DNA of 64,000 bases from a virus, in IMG/VR virus record IMGVR_UViG_3300031857_016023, positions 59,822 through 123,821 of that record; one strand, 5' to 3'. Position 1 is the stretch's first letter. Each line of letters begins with the position of its first letter. A model generated the notes under the pieces. That model had not been told where the DNA came from, made no database searches, and saw nothing but the letters and a program-made list of their open reading frames with translations. A program made the position numbers and the translations under genes. Below are positions 9,751 to 19,546 of this stretch, in pieces.

Positions 9751-12042
9751 TTAGTTCCAAAATTGTAATGGTTCAGACTTAACTCTAAACGCTGGATCAG
9801 CGGCAGAAAATACTCTGCCAGTTTTGGACATAATGCTAGCTATTTTACCTAAATTTGGTTGTAAGTTAAATACTGTTGATTGAAATTGATTTAATTTAAA
9901 AGGTTCAATTAAGTCTACTTTAAATACCCTTTGGTCATACTCTTTAGATACAGCATTTTTTATAACAACAATAGGTTTTGTTAATGTATTTGTATCAAAT
10001 ATTTTTTCTTCTAAAAATTTAGAAAAAGCATTTCGTACAACAAAACCTTTAGAGATAAAATTAGAATTAAATTTCTTAGTATCAAAATCTTTTGGAAAAA
10101 CATCTTTTAAAGCAATATAGGCTTTGTTTAATTGGGGTAAAGTAGTATTTAAATCAAATACTTGAGTTTTTGTAAATGGTGTTTTAAAATTACCATAAGA
10201 TACATCAAATATTTTTTCATCTAAATCTTTTGGAAAAATATTTCTGGCAACAAAACCAGATTTTAATGTGCTAACTCTATACCCCTGTTCTTCCAAAGAT
10301 TTTGGAAAAGCAGGTTTTAATCGAACTATTGGTTTTGTTAATTCAGTAACATTAAATCTATTTTGAGGAGTTGGAGTTGCAGCAAAACGGCTTCGACTAG
10401 AATATAAACCTGGTGCTATTATTGCATAATATAAATTTTCTCCTGGAGTTGTAGGAGCTGTAGTTGGGTAAACATTAGATTGAGCAATAAAATTACTTAC
10501 GTTAAGTGTATCAAGATAAACACGGTTGCTAAGTGGTGTTTTAACAATGAGTTTAGGATTGTTTAATACCGTTACAACTTTAGCTTCTAATGATTTAGGA
10601 AAAGCAGGTACTGTAGGTAATAAAGCATTACTCCATGGCCTACGAGATTTATCTGCTCTTAAACCTGGTGCTCTAGTGAAATAATAAAAGTTTTCACGGG
10701 CATTGGTTGGAGCTAAAAGTGTAATAACTGTATTTTGGCTAACATTAGAAGTTATGACTCCTCTTGCATCTTTACTAATTGTTATTGTAAGAGATTTAGA
10801 CCATGGTGCTCTAGCTTTATCTGCTCTTAAACCTGGTGCTCTAGTGAAATAATAAAAGTTTTCACGGGCATTGGTTGGCGAAACAAGTGTACTTACGGTA
10901 TTTTGGCGAACATTAGAAGATATGTTTGCTTGTCTACCATTTAATGCTGCAATGTTGATGTAAGCCGGAAATGTTTTAGACCATATTGCTCTGGCTTTAT
11001 CTGCTCTTTTACCTGGAGCTATGGTAAAATAATAAAAATTTTCACGAGCATTGGTTGGCTCTAAAAGTGTGCTTACGGTATTTTGTCGAACATTGGAAGA
11101 AACATTGGCGATAGTTGTTCCTAAAGAAAATACTTGTAATCTATCTGCTCCTTTTTTCCCAGAATAATTAACATTTGCGGAGGCATCAACCTTAATTATA
11201 ACATTCGACAGTAGACTTAATGCTGGTTGAGACCAAATATCTCTAGCTCTATCCGCTCTTTTACCTGGAGCTATTGTGAAGTAATAGAAATTCTCACGAG
11301 CATTGGTTGGAGCTAATTTTGTGCTAACATTAGCTTGTGCTACATTTGAGGTTATATTTGCTTGTCTACTAAGAGAACGTATATCAATTAAACCTGGTGT
11401 TGTTCTAAAAAATATATCTCTAGCTAGATCTTGGCGTTTACCAGGAGCTATGGTAAAGTAATAGAAGTTTTCACGAGCATTAATTGGTGCAGTAGTTGTA
11501 CTGACTGTATTTTGGCGAATATTAGAAGAAACATTAGCAATTGTTGTTTTTAAAGAAAAAATAACATCAGTTTTTACTTTACCAACAGATTTTAATTTAC
11601 CAAACAATCGATTAGGTAAAGGAGTTCGCAAAACTGTAAAAGCTTTGTTTAATTGAGTAACTATTTTATTTAAAGAAAATACCTGTGTTTGAGCAATAGG
11701 TAATTTAAAATCGCCATAAGAAACATCAAATACCTTTTCATCTAAATCTTTCGAAAAAGCATTTTTTACTACAAGACCCTTAGAAACTATATTTGATTTA
11801 AATAATGTGGATTCATAAGTTTTTGGTAAAGCACTTCGAATAACATCTCTACGGTTTACATTACCTACTTTGCGGTTGTTTACTTCATTATTTTTTGGTA
11901 AAGGATTTTTTAATTGAAGGCTAGTTTTATTGGAAATAAAACTTTTGGTTACACTAAAACCAGTAAATGAATTAGCTGTATCTGTCCATTGTGCATTGTT
12001 ATTGCCTACTGGACCTGGAGCGGGAAAAATTAAAGCTGGCAT
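9751..12042 (-). CDS. Basic repeat-containing hypothetical protein, probably virion-associated
   Basis: Five copies of P(T/I)NARENFYYFT(I/R)APG plus one degenerate copy, and a second repeat type F(S/P)KxL(D/E)EK(I/V)FD. Confidence 0.7.
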   Translation of the reverse strand: MPALIFPAPGPVGNNNAQWTDTANSFTGFSVTKSFISNKTSLQLKNPLPKNNEVNNRKVGNVNRRDVIRSALPKTYESTLFKSNIVSKGLVVKNAFSKDLDEKVFDVSYGDFKLPIAQTQVFSLNKIVTQLNKAFTVLRTPLPNRLFGKLKSVGKVKTDVIFSLKTTIANVSSNIRQNTVSTTTAPINARENFYYFTIAPGKRQDLARDIFFRTTPGLIDIRSLSRQANITSNVAQANVSTKLAPTNARENFYYFTIAPGKRADRARDIWSQPALSLLSNVIIKVDASANVNYSGKKGADRLQVFSLGTTIANVSSNVRQNTVSTLLEPTNARENFYYFTIAPGKRADKARAIWSKTFPAYINIAALNGRQANISSNVRQNTVSTLVSPTNARENFYYFTRAPGLRADKARAPWSKSLTITISKDARGVITSNVSQNTVITLLAPTNARENFYYFTRAPGLRADKSRRPWSNALLPTVPAFPKSLEAKVVTVLNNPKLIVKTPLSNRVYLDTLNVSNFIAQSNVYPTTAPTTPGENLYYAIIAPGLYSSRSRFAATPTPQNRFNVTELTKPIVRLKPAFPKSLEEQGYRVSTLKSGFVARNIFPKDLDEKIFDVSYGNFKTPFTKTQVFDLNTTLPQLNKAYIALKDVFPKDFDTKKFNSNFISKGFVVRNAFSKFLEEKIFDTNTLTKPIVVIKNAVSKEYDQRVFKVDLIEPFKLNQFQSTVFNLQPNLGKIASIMSKTGRVFSAADPAFRVKSEPLQFWN

Positions 12043-12075
12043 ATAGGCTATTTACCAAAAATTTTGTTTATTCCT

Positions 12076-12107
12076 AAAAAGAAATAGCCGTACTAGACGG
12101 CTATTTC
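12076..12107 (-). terminator. Rho-independent terminator after the 973-aa gene
   Basis: Minus strand GAAATAGCCGT-CTAGT-ACGGCTATTTC followed by TTTTT. Confidence 0.8.
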
Positions 12108-12133
12108 CAAACACTTCTAAGTTTAATTGCTGT

Positions 12134-15055
12134 TTAAGCAGGTATAGCGAATCGGAAGTTATTAGTAAATGCTGCCTGTGTATTAATTGCTTGAGGTCCA
12201 GTACCATCTTCCAAACTACGGTATGATTGAGAAATAGTTGTACCAAAGAATTGGAATCTTGTAGTGACAACTGTAGAAGTTAATACCCAATGATCAACAG
12301 CAGATTGAGTTGAATCATAGAAGAAATCACTATCAGAAGTAATGCTTACTGTATCCATTAAAGTACCAAGAGCACTTGGAATAACTTTCAATCCGTAAAA
12401 TCTACCACGAATATCTGGATCATATGTTGGTCCAAGAACAACAACTGGACTAAACATAAAGCGCTTACTGTTGTATACATTGGTTGCAACAGGTACAAGA
12501 TGACCCAAATGAGGTTGAGGAATCGTGTTAGCTGGATTAGTTGTCAGAATACCAGCAACTGGTGCGTTAGTTCCCTGATAAGCACCAGAACCACCAATTT
12601 CATACAAATGTCCCCAGCGACCAGTTGTAATTGTACAAGCACTATAAACGTGTGCATTGTGATCAACTAGGTCACCAGCGGAGTTACGAGCTCTAGGCAC
12701 AGAAAACACGCAACCATGTACCGGACTGTTTTGGAGAACAGGGAAAGTTGGGAACAATTGAGCGCCAACCGGGAATCTGTTTCCGTTAATGTGAGCATAT
12801 GTTGGCCATGGACTTATTGCAGTTGCACCAGTAATATTGTTGTTTGCAGGCGATACTGAGAAGTTAATACCTGTAACACCAAGACCTGTCGAAGCATCTT
12901 CTGGTTGAGCTCTTTCAAACTCAACGCAACCTAGCCAGTTTGTTGCTAGGTTAGCAAAAGATTTACCTTGTATGATAAAGTAACGAGGATTTCCAAAGAG
13001 ATACAAGAAACCGCCAGATGTTTGTGTTGTCGAAACAACATCGTTAGCGTTACTTGCTGGGCCAGGACCAGTAGAACCGTTAACTGTAACTGTTGTAAGT
13101 GTTTGTGAACCAGACACCGTATATGTTCCTGTGTTACCTGTACCAGTACCAAAGGCAGTTACGTTACCAATTGATGAACCCATAAATGTACCAATTCTGA
13201 TTTGGCCAGAGGTCATCGTGTTAACTGTTAACGATGTAGTTGTTTGAGAAACTTGAGCAACAATACCACCTGATTGGTCAGCGATGTTAACACCAACACC
13301 GTTTGTAGCACCATAAGAACCTAACCAACGCTCATAAACTGGTAATGAGTAAGTTGCGTTAGCAGTTGTAATGACACCAGTATTAAACAATGGGAAGTAT
13401 CTGAATCCCATGAACTTGCGGTCATTACTTGTGTTGCGTAATGTTGTGGTTGCCTCAGCTGATTTGTTTGGACAAGAATAAACGTACTCAATAAAGTCAG
13501 CACCAGCAATTGTAGCCGTTGTTAAGTTACCTGGAGTAAAGAGTTTTGGTGGGTTAGCACCAACAGAAGTTATAGTGTTTAAAAGTGGATTACCAAGTGT
13601 AAGGTTATTACCAGCAACACCAGCAAGATAAGTAAACAATGGAACTGATCTGTATAAACTAACAGGACTAGTAACAGTAATTGGCAGGTTAACCGTCAAT
13701 GTTGTGTTGTTACTGATTGCGTTAACAACTAAATGTTGACCAGCGATAACGATTTCAGCACCAACATGAAGCTCGGTTGTAAAGAGTGTTGATTGACCGT
13801 TAACTTGTGTTGTAGCTGCCGCCGTAAGAATATTACCGGTCAATCGTGTTGCTTGACCACCACCACTTTGTACTTTAACGATGTTATTTAAAGTGAAACC
13901 AGTAGCAGAAGTAACTGTTACTAATGTTGTGCCTGCCGGAAATACTGTATTAGCAGTTGCGGTCATTGTGGACTCAATACCTAATTTACCGTTAGCGTGC
14001 TGAGCTGTGTTACCACTACCTTCACGGGTTCCTTCTAGTATCCAACCATGGAGTTTTCTTTTCTTGTAGATTGCAACACCACTAAGATTGCTTACAATTG
14101 GACGATTTAATCGTATAAGAGTATCTGATAAAATTTCATTAACTGAATATTCAGAACCATCAATCATAATTTCTTCATTCACACGAAGTTCTGTTGTAAA
14201 TGTGGTTCCTGTGCCAGTCAAATAAGTTTCTTTTACACGAACTGGCATACCTAGTACGCCTTGTGTCATTGCTGCTGCTGGTTGTCCTGGTAAAGTTGTA
14301 AGCGTAGCAGCTGTTGCAGTTGTTGGAGTAAATACTCGTAATTCATCTCCAATATATACTTCTTCTCCTGAAATAATATCAGCAGTAAAGTTAGTGCCAG
14401 TACCAGTTACAGAAGCTGAACCGCCACTCACAGCAACAGTTCCTCTTGGAGTTACTCTATAGCGTAGTCCAGCATCTGTAAAGTCCATTGCTGCACCTAG
14501 GGTCATAGAGGTATTACTTGCAATAGCACTAATAACTCTGACACGACCATTAATAACAATTGTTCTACCAGCTACTCCTGCTGTATTTGCAGCATCAAAT
14601 GTAGCTTCAGTTAAAAAGAATGTTCCGTTACCTGTAACCGTTGCGGAACCGTTTGTAACAGACACAGTACCTGAAGTATTGCCAGACACGTTTGTTACAT
14701 CTGCGGTACCTGTTAAAGTGTACTGAATAAATTTAACTGCACATGCGTCTGTTGGTGTTCTTGTCCAAGGTGCAGTAACAGTAAAAGAAGTGTCAGAAGC
14801 AACTGCCGCAACAGTACGAACTTGGCCGTAGATACTAATTACATCACCTGCTCTTAATTGAGTAGTGAAAATTGTTCCAACACCCGTTACGGTTCCGGTG
14901 CCACCTGGATTAGTAATATTGACATAACCCTGTAGAGTATCATTTCTTAACCATTGATCTACTAAGGCAAAAGTTGGCCATATATCCGCACCTGTTGTAT
15001 AAGGGCCATAGGTAATAGAGGCACTATTTCTACCTAATTCATTTAGTGTTGCCAT
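12134..15055 (-). CDS. Thr/Gly-rich virion protein with tandem beta-rich repeats
   Basis: Repeated VTGxGTxFTT(E/Q)LxxG units; strong AGGAG RBS; own promoter motifs and terminator. Confidence 0.7.
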   Translation of the reverse strand: MATLNELGRNSASITYGPYTTGADIWPTFALVDQWLRNDTLQGYVNITNPGGTGTVTGVGTIFTTQLRAGDVISIYGQVRTVAAVASDTSFTVTAPWTRTPTDACAVKFIQYTLTGTADVTNVSGNTSGTVSVTNGSATVTGNGTFFLTEATFDAANTAGVAGRTIVINGRVRVISAIASNTSMTLGAAMDFTDAGLRYRVTPRGTVAVSGGSASVTGTGTNFTADIISGEEVYIGDELRVFTPTTATAATLTTLPGQPAAAMTQGVLGMPVRVKETYLTGTGTTFTTELRVNEEIMIDGSEYSVNEILSDTLIRLNRPIVSNLSGVAIYKKRKLHGWILEGTREGSGNTAQHANGKLGIESTMTATANTVFPAGTTLVTVTSATGFTLNNIVKVQSGGGQATRLTGNILTAAATTQVNGQSTLFTTELHVGAEIVIAGQHLVVNAISNNTTLTVNLPITVTSPVSLYRSVPLFTYLAGVAGNNLTLGNPLLNTITSVGANPPKLFTPGNLTTATIAGADFIEYVYSCPNKSAEATTTLRNTSNDRKFMGFRYFPLFNTGVITTANATYSLPVYERWLGSYGATNGVGVNIADQSGGIVAQVSQTTTSLTVNTMTSGQIRIGTFMGSSIGNVTAFGTGTGNTGTYTVSGSQTLTTVTVNGSTGPGPASNANDVVSTTQTSGGFLYLFGNPRYFIIQGKSFANLATNWLGCVEFERAQPEDASTGLGVTGINFSVSPANNNITGATAISPWPTYAHINGNRFPVGAQLFPTFPVLQNSPVHGCVFSVPRARNSAGDLVDHNAHVYSACTITTGRWGHLYEIGGSGAYQGTNAPVAGILTTNPANTIPQPHLGHLVPVATNVYNSKRFMFSPVVVLGPTYDPDIRGRFYGLKVIPSALGTLMDTVSITSDSDFFYDSTQSAVDHWVLTSTVVTTRFQFFGTTISQSYRSLEDGTGPQAINTQAAFTNNFRFAIPA

Positions 15056-15107
15056 TAATTATTCTCCTAGAACATGTACCGCAATTTTTACGGATTTAGT
15101 TTGTATA

Positions 15108-15145
15108 TTATTTAGTTAAAGTTGTGGATTTCCGCTTATTTAGTA
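15108..15145 (-). promoter_or_regulatory. Two late-promoter-like CTAAATA motifs
   Basis: Two TATTTAG copies on the plus strand in the gap upstream of the 973-aa gene; resemble the T4 late promoter TATAAATA. Confidence 0.6.
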
Positions 15146-15158
15146 TTTTAAACCATTA

Positions 15159-16172
15159 TCAAGTATTGAACAAGGTCATAGAAAAATTACTGCCTATTCC
15201 TTCTATGATACTAACTTTTATATAATCAGTAGTAATTATTGCATAGTCTAAATCACTATATTTGACTGTAAACTGACCCATAGGTAATGTAAAATATTGT
15301 AAAAGAATATCATTTTTATACAGGCCTGCGGTCAAATTTCTATCTACAGGACCTCCATTTGTTAAGCGAACTGAGCGAATGGTGTTTGTTGCTTCAGGTA
15401 CAAATATGGCTTTACCTGGAACTGGCGCTGAAAAATCACTTAGAACATTGAAAGTTTTAATTAAATTGCTACCTGAACCACCACCGGTATTTGCAGCATT
15501 AAATGCAGCATTAGCATGATTAAAAATTCTACCGCCATCAAAAGTAATTGACTTCGGATTGGCCAGCGTATTGCTGGTAATTGAAATACCATTAGATGCA
15601 ACAAACGCAATTGTATCTAGGCCATTCGCAATTAGATCATTTTGACCTGCAATCTTCCACGTTTTAAATGTGGAGTTCATGGCAATCTTTACATTGCCAG
15701 ATCCTAAATTCGTTACATCAAAACCTGAGTTGGCATCAAAACGAATGCCAGTTACAGCTGTTACTACATTTGTATAGTTATTTGAATCATCAGTTAGGCT
15801 TACGGTTAGTGGACTACCGCCACCTCCAGATCCAGCATTTGCAGTATATTGCCGACTACCATCACCAAACTGAATGTAATCTCTTGTAGCAACAGTATTA
15901 GCTGTTACATTACCAGTTCTAAAGAGGCCTGTTGCTTTATCAAAGGTTAATCTTGGTGAAGAACCAAGAATACCAGAATCATTGAATTGGATTTCAGTAT
16001 CTAAACCCGCCGGGCCTTCATACCTTTCAATGGTCTGGATTGTATTGGAAGGGCCACCACGATAGAAAATTTTGCCATCATATGTGTTGATGGCAATTTC
16101 ACCATTTGCTAGGCTAGTAGGAACATTCCCACTAATATAGGAATGCCGTAACTCAATGACTGTATTAGACAT
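15159..16172 (-). CDS. Fibre-like structural protein
   Basis: N-terminus VIELRHS..GNVPTSLANGEIAINTYDGKIF is a fibre anchor-type motif, paralogous to 16653..18029. Confidence 0.6.
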   Translation of the reverse strand: MSNTVIELRHSYISGNVPTSLANGEIAINTYDGKIFYRGGPSNTIQTIERYEGPAGLDTEIQFNDSGILGSSPRLTFDKATGLFRTGNVTANTVATRDYIQFGDGSRQYTANAGSGGGGSPLTVSLTDDSNNYTNVVTAVTGIRFDANSGFDVTNLGSGNVKIAMNSTFKTWKIAGQNDLIANGLDTIAFVASNGISITSNTLANPKSITFDGGRIFNHANAAFNAANTGGGSGSNLIKTFNVLSDFSAPVPGKAIFVPEATNTIRSVRLTNGGPVDRNLTAGLYKNDILLQYFTLPMGQFTVKYSDLDYAIITTDYIKVSIIEGIGSNFSMTLFNT

Positions 16173-16633
16173 TAGAACGAGCTGCCGTCATTTACCTTTA
16201 TATTAAAAAGATCAGTAACTTTTTGCTCAACCTTCTTTTCTTCCATTTTTTCTGGATTTAACTTCTTTAATTTGGAAGGTGTGGCAATGTTTTCTAATTT
16301 TTCAACGTATTCTTTTAGATTAGTAATTTCTGTTTTTTTGTTTTCTAAATCTTTTTGAAGGGCTGTATTTTTCTTCATTACATCATTTAAAGCACCTTGC
16401 AACCTAGATTTTTCCTCATGAGCAGTAGCGTTTACTTCTGCTTTCATTTTGAATTCTTTTAATTCTTCATAAGTCTTAATCAGCTCATTATATTTTTGTT
16501 CTACTTCTACTTTTGCTTTACCGGTATCTTCTGCTAATTTTAACTGAGTTTGAAATACAAAATTTTGCTTAATGATTGAAACTAAGTTATCAAGCAATAT
16601 CTCCTGGTAAGCATTTGAAAATTCTACATTCAT
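16172..16633 (-). CDS. Coiled-coil hypothetical protein, possible fibre assembly chaperone
   Basis: Lys/Glu-rich heptads; lies between two fibre genes. Confidence 0.55.
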   Translation of the reverse strand: MNVEFSNAYQEILLDNLVSIIKQNFVFQTQLKLAEDTGKAKVEVEQKYNELIKTYEELKEFKMKAEVNATAHEEKSRLQGALNDVMKKNTALQKDLENKKTEITNLKEYVEKLENIATPSKLKKLNPEKMEEKKVEQKVTDLFNIKVNDGSSF

Positions 16634-16652
16634 AACGACCCCTTATCATTGT

Positions 16653-18029
16653 TTAAAATGTTCCACCAGATAGGTGAGCAAATGTTGGAACGCCAGTATT
16701 ATTAATTGTCAAAACATGACCTTCAGTTGATGAAGATGCGGTAGTAAATGCTCCTGAACCTTGGCCAAGTAAAACACCGTTTGTTGTAAATGTTCCTGCA
16801 CCAGTACCGCCTCTTGCAACACCTAATGTACCTGAAGTAATTTGCGATGCAGAAATGCCAATAAGTGTTGAATTGGCCTGTGAGATTCGGCCATTTGCTT
16901 CTAATGTAAATGAAGCAATTGTTGCACCATTACCATAACTTCCTGCAGCCGCTGTTATTGTTGTATAATCTGTATTAGCCTGATTAAATGCCGCATTAGC
17001 ATGATTGAAAGCGGCTTGTACATATGCAGAAGAACCTGCGGCGTTTGCAGCTGCAAAAGCGGCATTAGCCTGATCAAATGCAGCAGTAATATTGGTGTTC
17101 TGTGAAAGATTTACACCATTGATATTGTTTGCAGAAATGAAAGCTGCATTAGCGGTATTATAAGAATTATAAACTAATGTCTGTAAATCTTGTCCGTTTA
17201 ATGTAATTGACTGTGATTTTAGATTAGCCCTAAGAGTTGCAATCTTAAATGAAGGATTATTAATATCGATGTTATTGTTAGCACCAATTTCTGCTGTATA
17301 ACCTTCAAAAAGTTGAAATTCTTTTGTACCTGCATCACGAATAAGACCGGTATGAGCATTGACACCATCGTTATAGTGACCTGTAAAACCAATATCAAGT
17401 ATGTCTGAAGTATAATTACCTGCAGCAAGAATAATTAAACTGTCATTAGCAACAATCTGCGAAGAACTTACAGTAAAGGTATTACCTAAAACACTTAAAT
17501 TGCCTGTAATACTTAAATCACCAGAGATTGTGCCGCCAGTATTTGCATTAATCGAATTATTAGCACGAATGAAAGCAGCAGTAGCAGTATTTTGTGCATT
17601 AGTAATATTGGTGTTCTGTGTATTATTAACACCAGCTTCATTGTTGGCCTTAGCAAAGGCGCCGTTAGCATAAATGCTTGCTGAGTTAGCTGCAGCAAAA
17701 GCGCCGTTTGCATAGATTCCAGCCGAAGTAGCAGTTACGAGAGCAGTATTTGCTTGAATGAAAGCTGCATTAGCGTGATTTCTTGCATATACATCAGCAC
17801 CAGCATTAGCAACAGTATTTGCAAGGTCATAGGCAGCATTAGCATGATTATAAGCTCTTTCAAACTTATCAATGTAAAACTTACCGCCAATTGCAATCGA
17901 ACCTGTGCCATCAGGTGAACCAATAAACAGAGTATTACTTGCATATGAATAAGCTGGTTCACCGGCAAGTAGAGAGGTTGGCGTTGCCGTTCCTGTAGAA
18001 AACTTTAATTGTATTACGGTATTAGCCAT
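16653..18029 (-). CDS. Fibre protein
   Basis: N-terminus VIQLKFS..PTSLLAGEPAYS; ANAAF repeats; central domain very similar to part of 970..6159; C-terminal GTLGVARGGTG. Confidence 0.7.
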   Translation of the reverse strand: MANTVIQLKFSTGTATPTSLLAGEPAYSYASNTLFIGSPDGTGSIAIGGKFYIDKFERAYNHANAAYDLANTVANAGADVYARNHANAAFIQANTALVTATSAGIYANGAFAAANSASIYANGAFAKANNEAGVNNTQNTNITNAQNTATAAFIRANNSINANTGGTISGDLSITGNLSVLGNTFTVSSSQIVANDSLIILAAGNYTSDILDIGFTGHYNDGVNAHTGLIRDAGTKEFQLFEGYTAEIGANNNIDINNPSFKIATLRANLKSQSITLNGQDLQTLVYNSYNTANAAFISANNINGVNLSQNTNITAAFDQANAAFAAANAAGSSAYVQAAFNHANAAFNQANTDYTTITAAAGSYGNGATIASFTLEANGRISQANSTLIGISASQITSGTLGVARGGTGAGTFTTNGVLLGQGSGAFTTASSSTEGHVLTINNTGVPTFAHLSGGTF

Positions 18030-18332
18030 TTAAAATGAGCCTCCGACTATTATTGTAACTGGTGGTTTTATTTCGTATTTTCCTGTGTCCGCATTAAACA
18101 CAACACTATCTCCATCTTCAGCTGAGCCAGTAACATCAACAAGTTCTGCTAAAGCAACATTTGGTTTTGGTCGGAAATTTTGCGAAATCATTACTGATTT
18201 GTTTGTTTGAGTAATTCGTACTTTGCCTAAAAGATTTATTTGAGGCTCAGCAACATTTGCACTTGGTGTAAAATTTTGTGATGCTAATTTAGGTTTAACA
18301 CCTGGCCGTATTCTAATTGCGCCTATATCCAT
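18030..18332 (-). CDS. Small fibre-associated hypothetical protein
   Basis: Internal duplication (SQNFTP / SQNFRP); LVDV...DGDSVVFN motif; ends in GGSF. Confidence 0.55.
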   Translation of the reverse strand: MDIGAIRIRPGVKPKLASQNFTPSANVAEPQINLLGKVRITQTNKSVMISQNFRPKPNVALAELVDVTGSAEDGDSVVFNADTGKYEIKPPVTIIVGGSF

Positions 18333-18664
18333 TATCGTGTTATTCCAGGTAGAACATTTACTATGCCTTCAACAACTCTTGTTCTTGTGGTATCTGGAGC
18401 TGTAATAACCAAATCATACAAATATCTTCCGGGAGTTATATTTGCAGTATTGGCTGCTGTCATCGTGAGAGTGATTTCACCATTTGAGATGCCCGTAACT
18501 GTTGCGGTAAAGTTATTGGCTACTGAAGAATAATATGATTTTCTTATTTGAGATGCAGCGGTATAACCTGCCAAGTTAATTGAATCACCGCCAATATCAT
18601 CAACATTAATTATGACAGAAAAAGACGCATTTTGTTCGATATTAAGTTCTGAATAAGCAGCCAC
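18332..18664 (-). CDS. Small virion adaptor-like protein
   Basis: LNIEQNASF, INLAGYTAASQIRK, GRYLYDL and TRVVEGIVNVLPGIT; a family common near fibre genes of T4-like phages; GTG start. Confidence 0.65.
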   Translation of the reverse strand: MAAYSELNIEQNASFSVIINVDDIGGDSINLAGYTAASQIRKSYYSSVANNFTATVTGISNGEITLTMTAANTANITPGRYLYDLVITAPDTTRTRVVEGIVNVLPGITR

Positions 18665-18670
18665 AAATTA

Positions 18671-18703
18671 CTCCCGTTTTATCGTCTATTTAGTTAAAAC
18701 GGG
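18671..18703 (-). promoter_or_regulatory. RBS-occluding hairpin with a late promoter in its loop
   Basis: Inverted repeat CCCGTTTTA (18673-18681) / TAAAACGGG (18695-18703); CTAAATA at 18687-18693; GGGAG RBS at 18671-18675. Confidence 0.65.
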
Positions 18704-18718
18704 TACTTACCAAAAAAT

Positions 18719-19546
18719 CTAATTTAAACCCATTTCTTGACGAATTTTAGTGGCTGATATTGAATGAATTGTATCATCAAAGGTTTCTTGTTCGATTTTA
18801 TAACCAACATCTCGTCCATAGGTTATATTGACAATATTTGGCACAAGAAGAATTTCATATTGACCTTGATAAAGGGGGTCGAGGTCTTTCTTAATGAGTT
18901 CTTTAACTTGGTTTGACGCAAAAGGATTTGATCCATTCCAACCTTGGCAATCACGAATCATAATTACAACTTGTCCTGTCTTAGAGATTGCTCTATCAAA
19001 TAAAGCCCTATGCCCTTTATGCCAAGGTTGCCATCTACCTAACATTTGAACAGTTTCTTTCTTCCAATCAAAAGTTGGCCGGCGCCGGTCAGAAAGTATA
19101 TGGTCACCAACAAATTCTACCCACTTCTCCGCATTTTGTTCTGTTATACGAAAATCATAAACCTCTGGAGGAACAAAAACTTTATTTGTATCTTCAAATC
19201 TACCTTTTTCGATTGTGTCGATCCATATGGTCCAATCTGCTTTAAAATTATGCCTCATTTCTGGTAATGGAGCTATAAAATCTGCAATAACAAAATCTTT
19301 TAAAAAAGAATCTGCTAACTCTCTCATTCTGATTGATTGACGTATTCTGCCTTCATTAGAGAAATCCCAATCATTATATTTTTTTCTTACATCGTCTGCA
19401 TTTATCCACTTAACTTTAGCTCTAGTTTCACCAACATTATCAGCCATATTAAAAAATTCTGAATGATCCTCTAGATATTTTTTTAATTTTTCTGCAAAAT
19501 ATGTTTTACCAGATCCTGGTAATCCCATTATCAATATTCTTTTCAT
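18719..19546 (-). CDS. APS-kinase-like domain fused to a HIGH-motif nucleotidyltransferase domain
   Basis: P-loop GLPGSGKT, NADDVR, GRIRQ and FIAP (CysC-like); C-terminal GRWQPWHKGH and ISATKIR. Confidence 0.8.
   Translation of the reverse strand: MKRILIMGLPGSGKTYFAEKLKKYLEDHSEFFNMADNVGETRAKVKWINADDVRKKYNDWDFSNEGRIRQSIRMRELADSFLKDFVIADFIAPLPEMRHNFKADWTIWIDTIEKGRFEDTNKVFVPPEVYDFRITEQNAEKWVEFVGDHILSDRRRPTFDWKKETVQMLGRWQPWHKGHRALFDRAISKTGQVVIMIRDCQGWNGSNPFASNQVKELIKKDLDPLYQGQYEILLVPNIVNITYGRDVGYKIEQETFDDTIHSISATKIRQEMGLN

Noticed and set aside
10420-11480. Spaced DNA repeats resembling a CRISPR array
   Set aside because: The repeats are in frame, vary at synonymous sites and recur every 170-250 bp. 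They are protein repeats, and the only Cas4-like gene is a common stand-alone phage nuclease.
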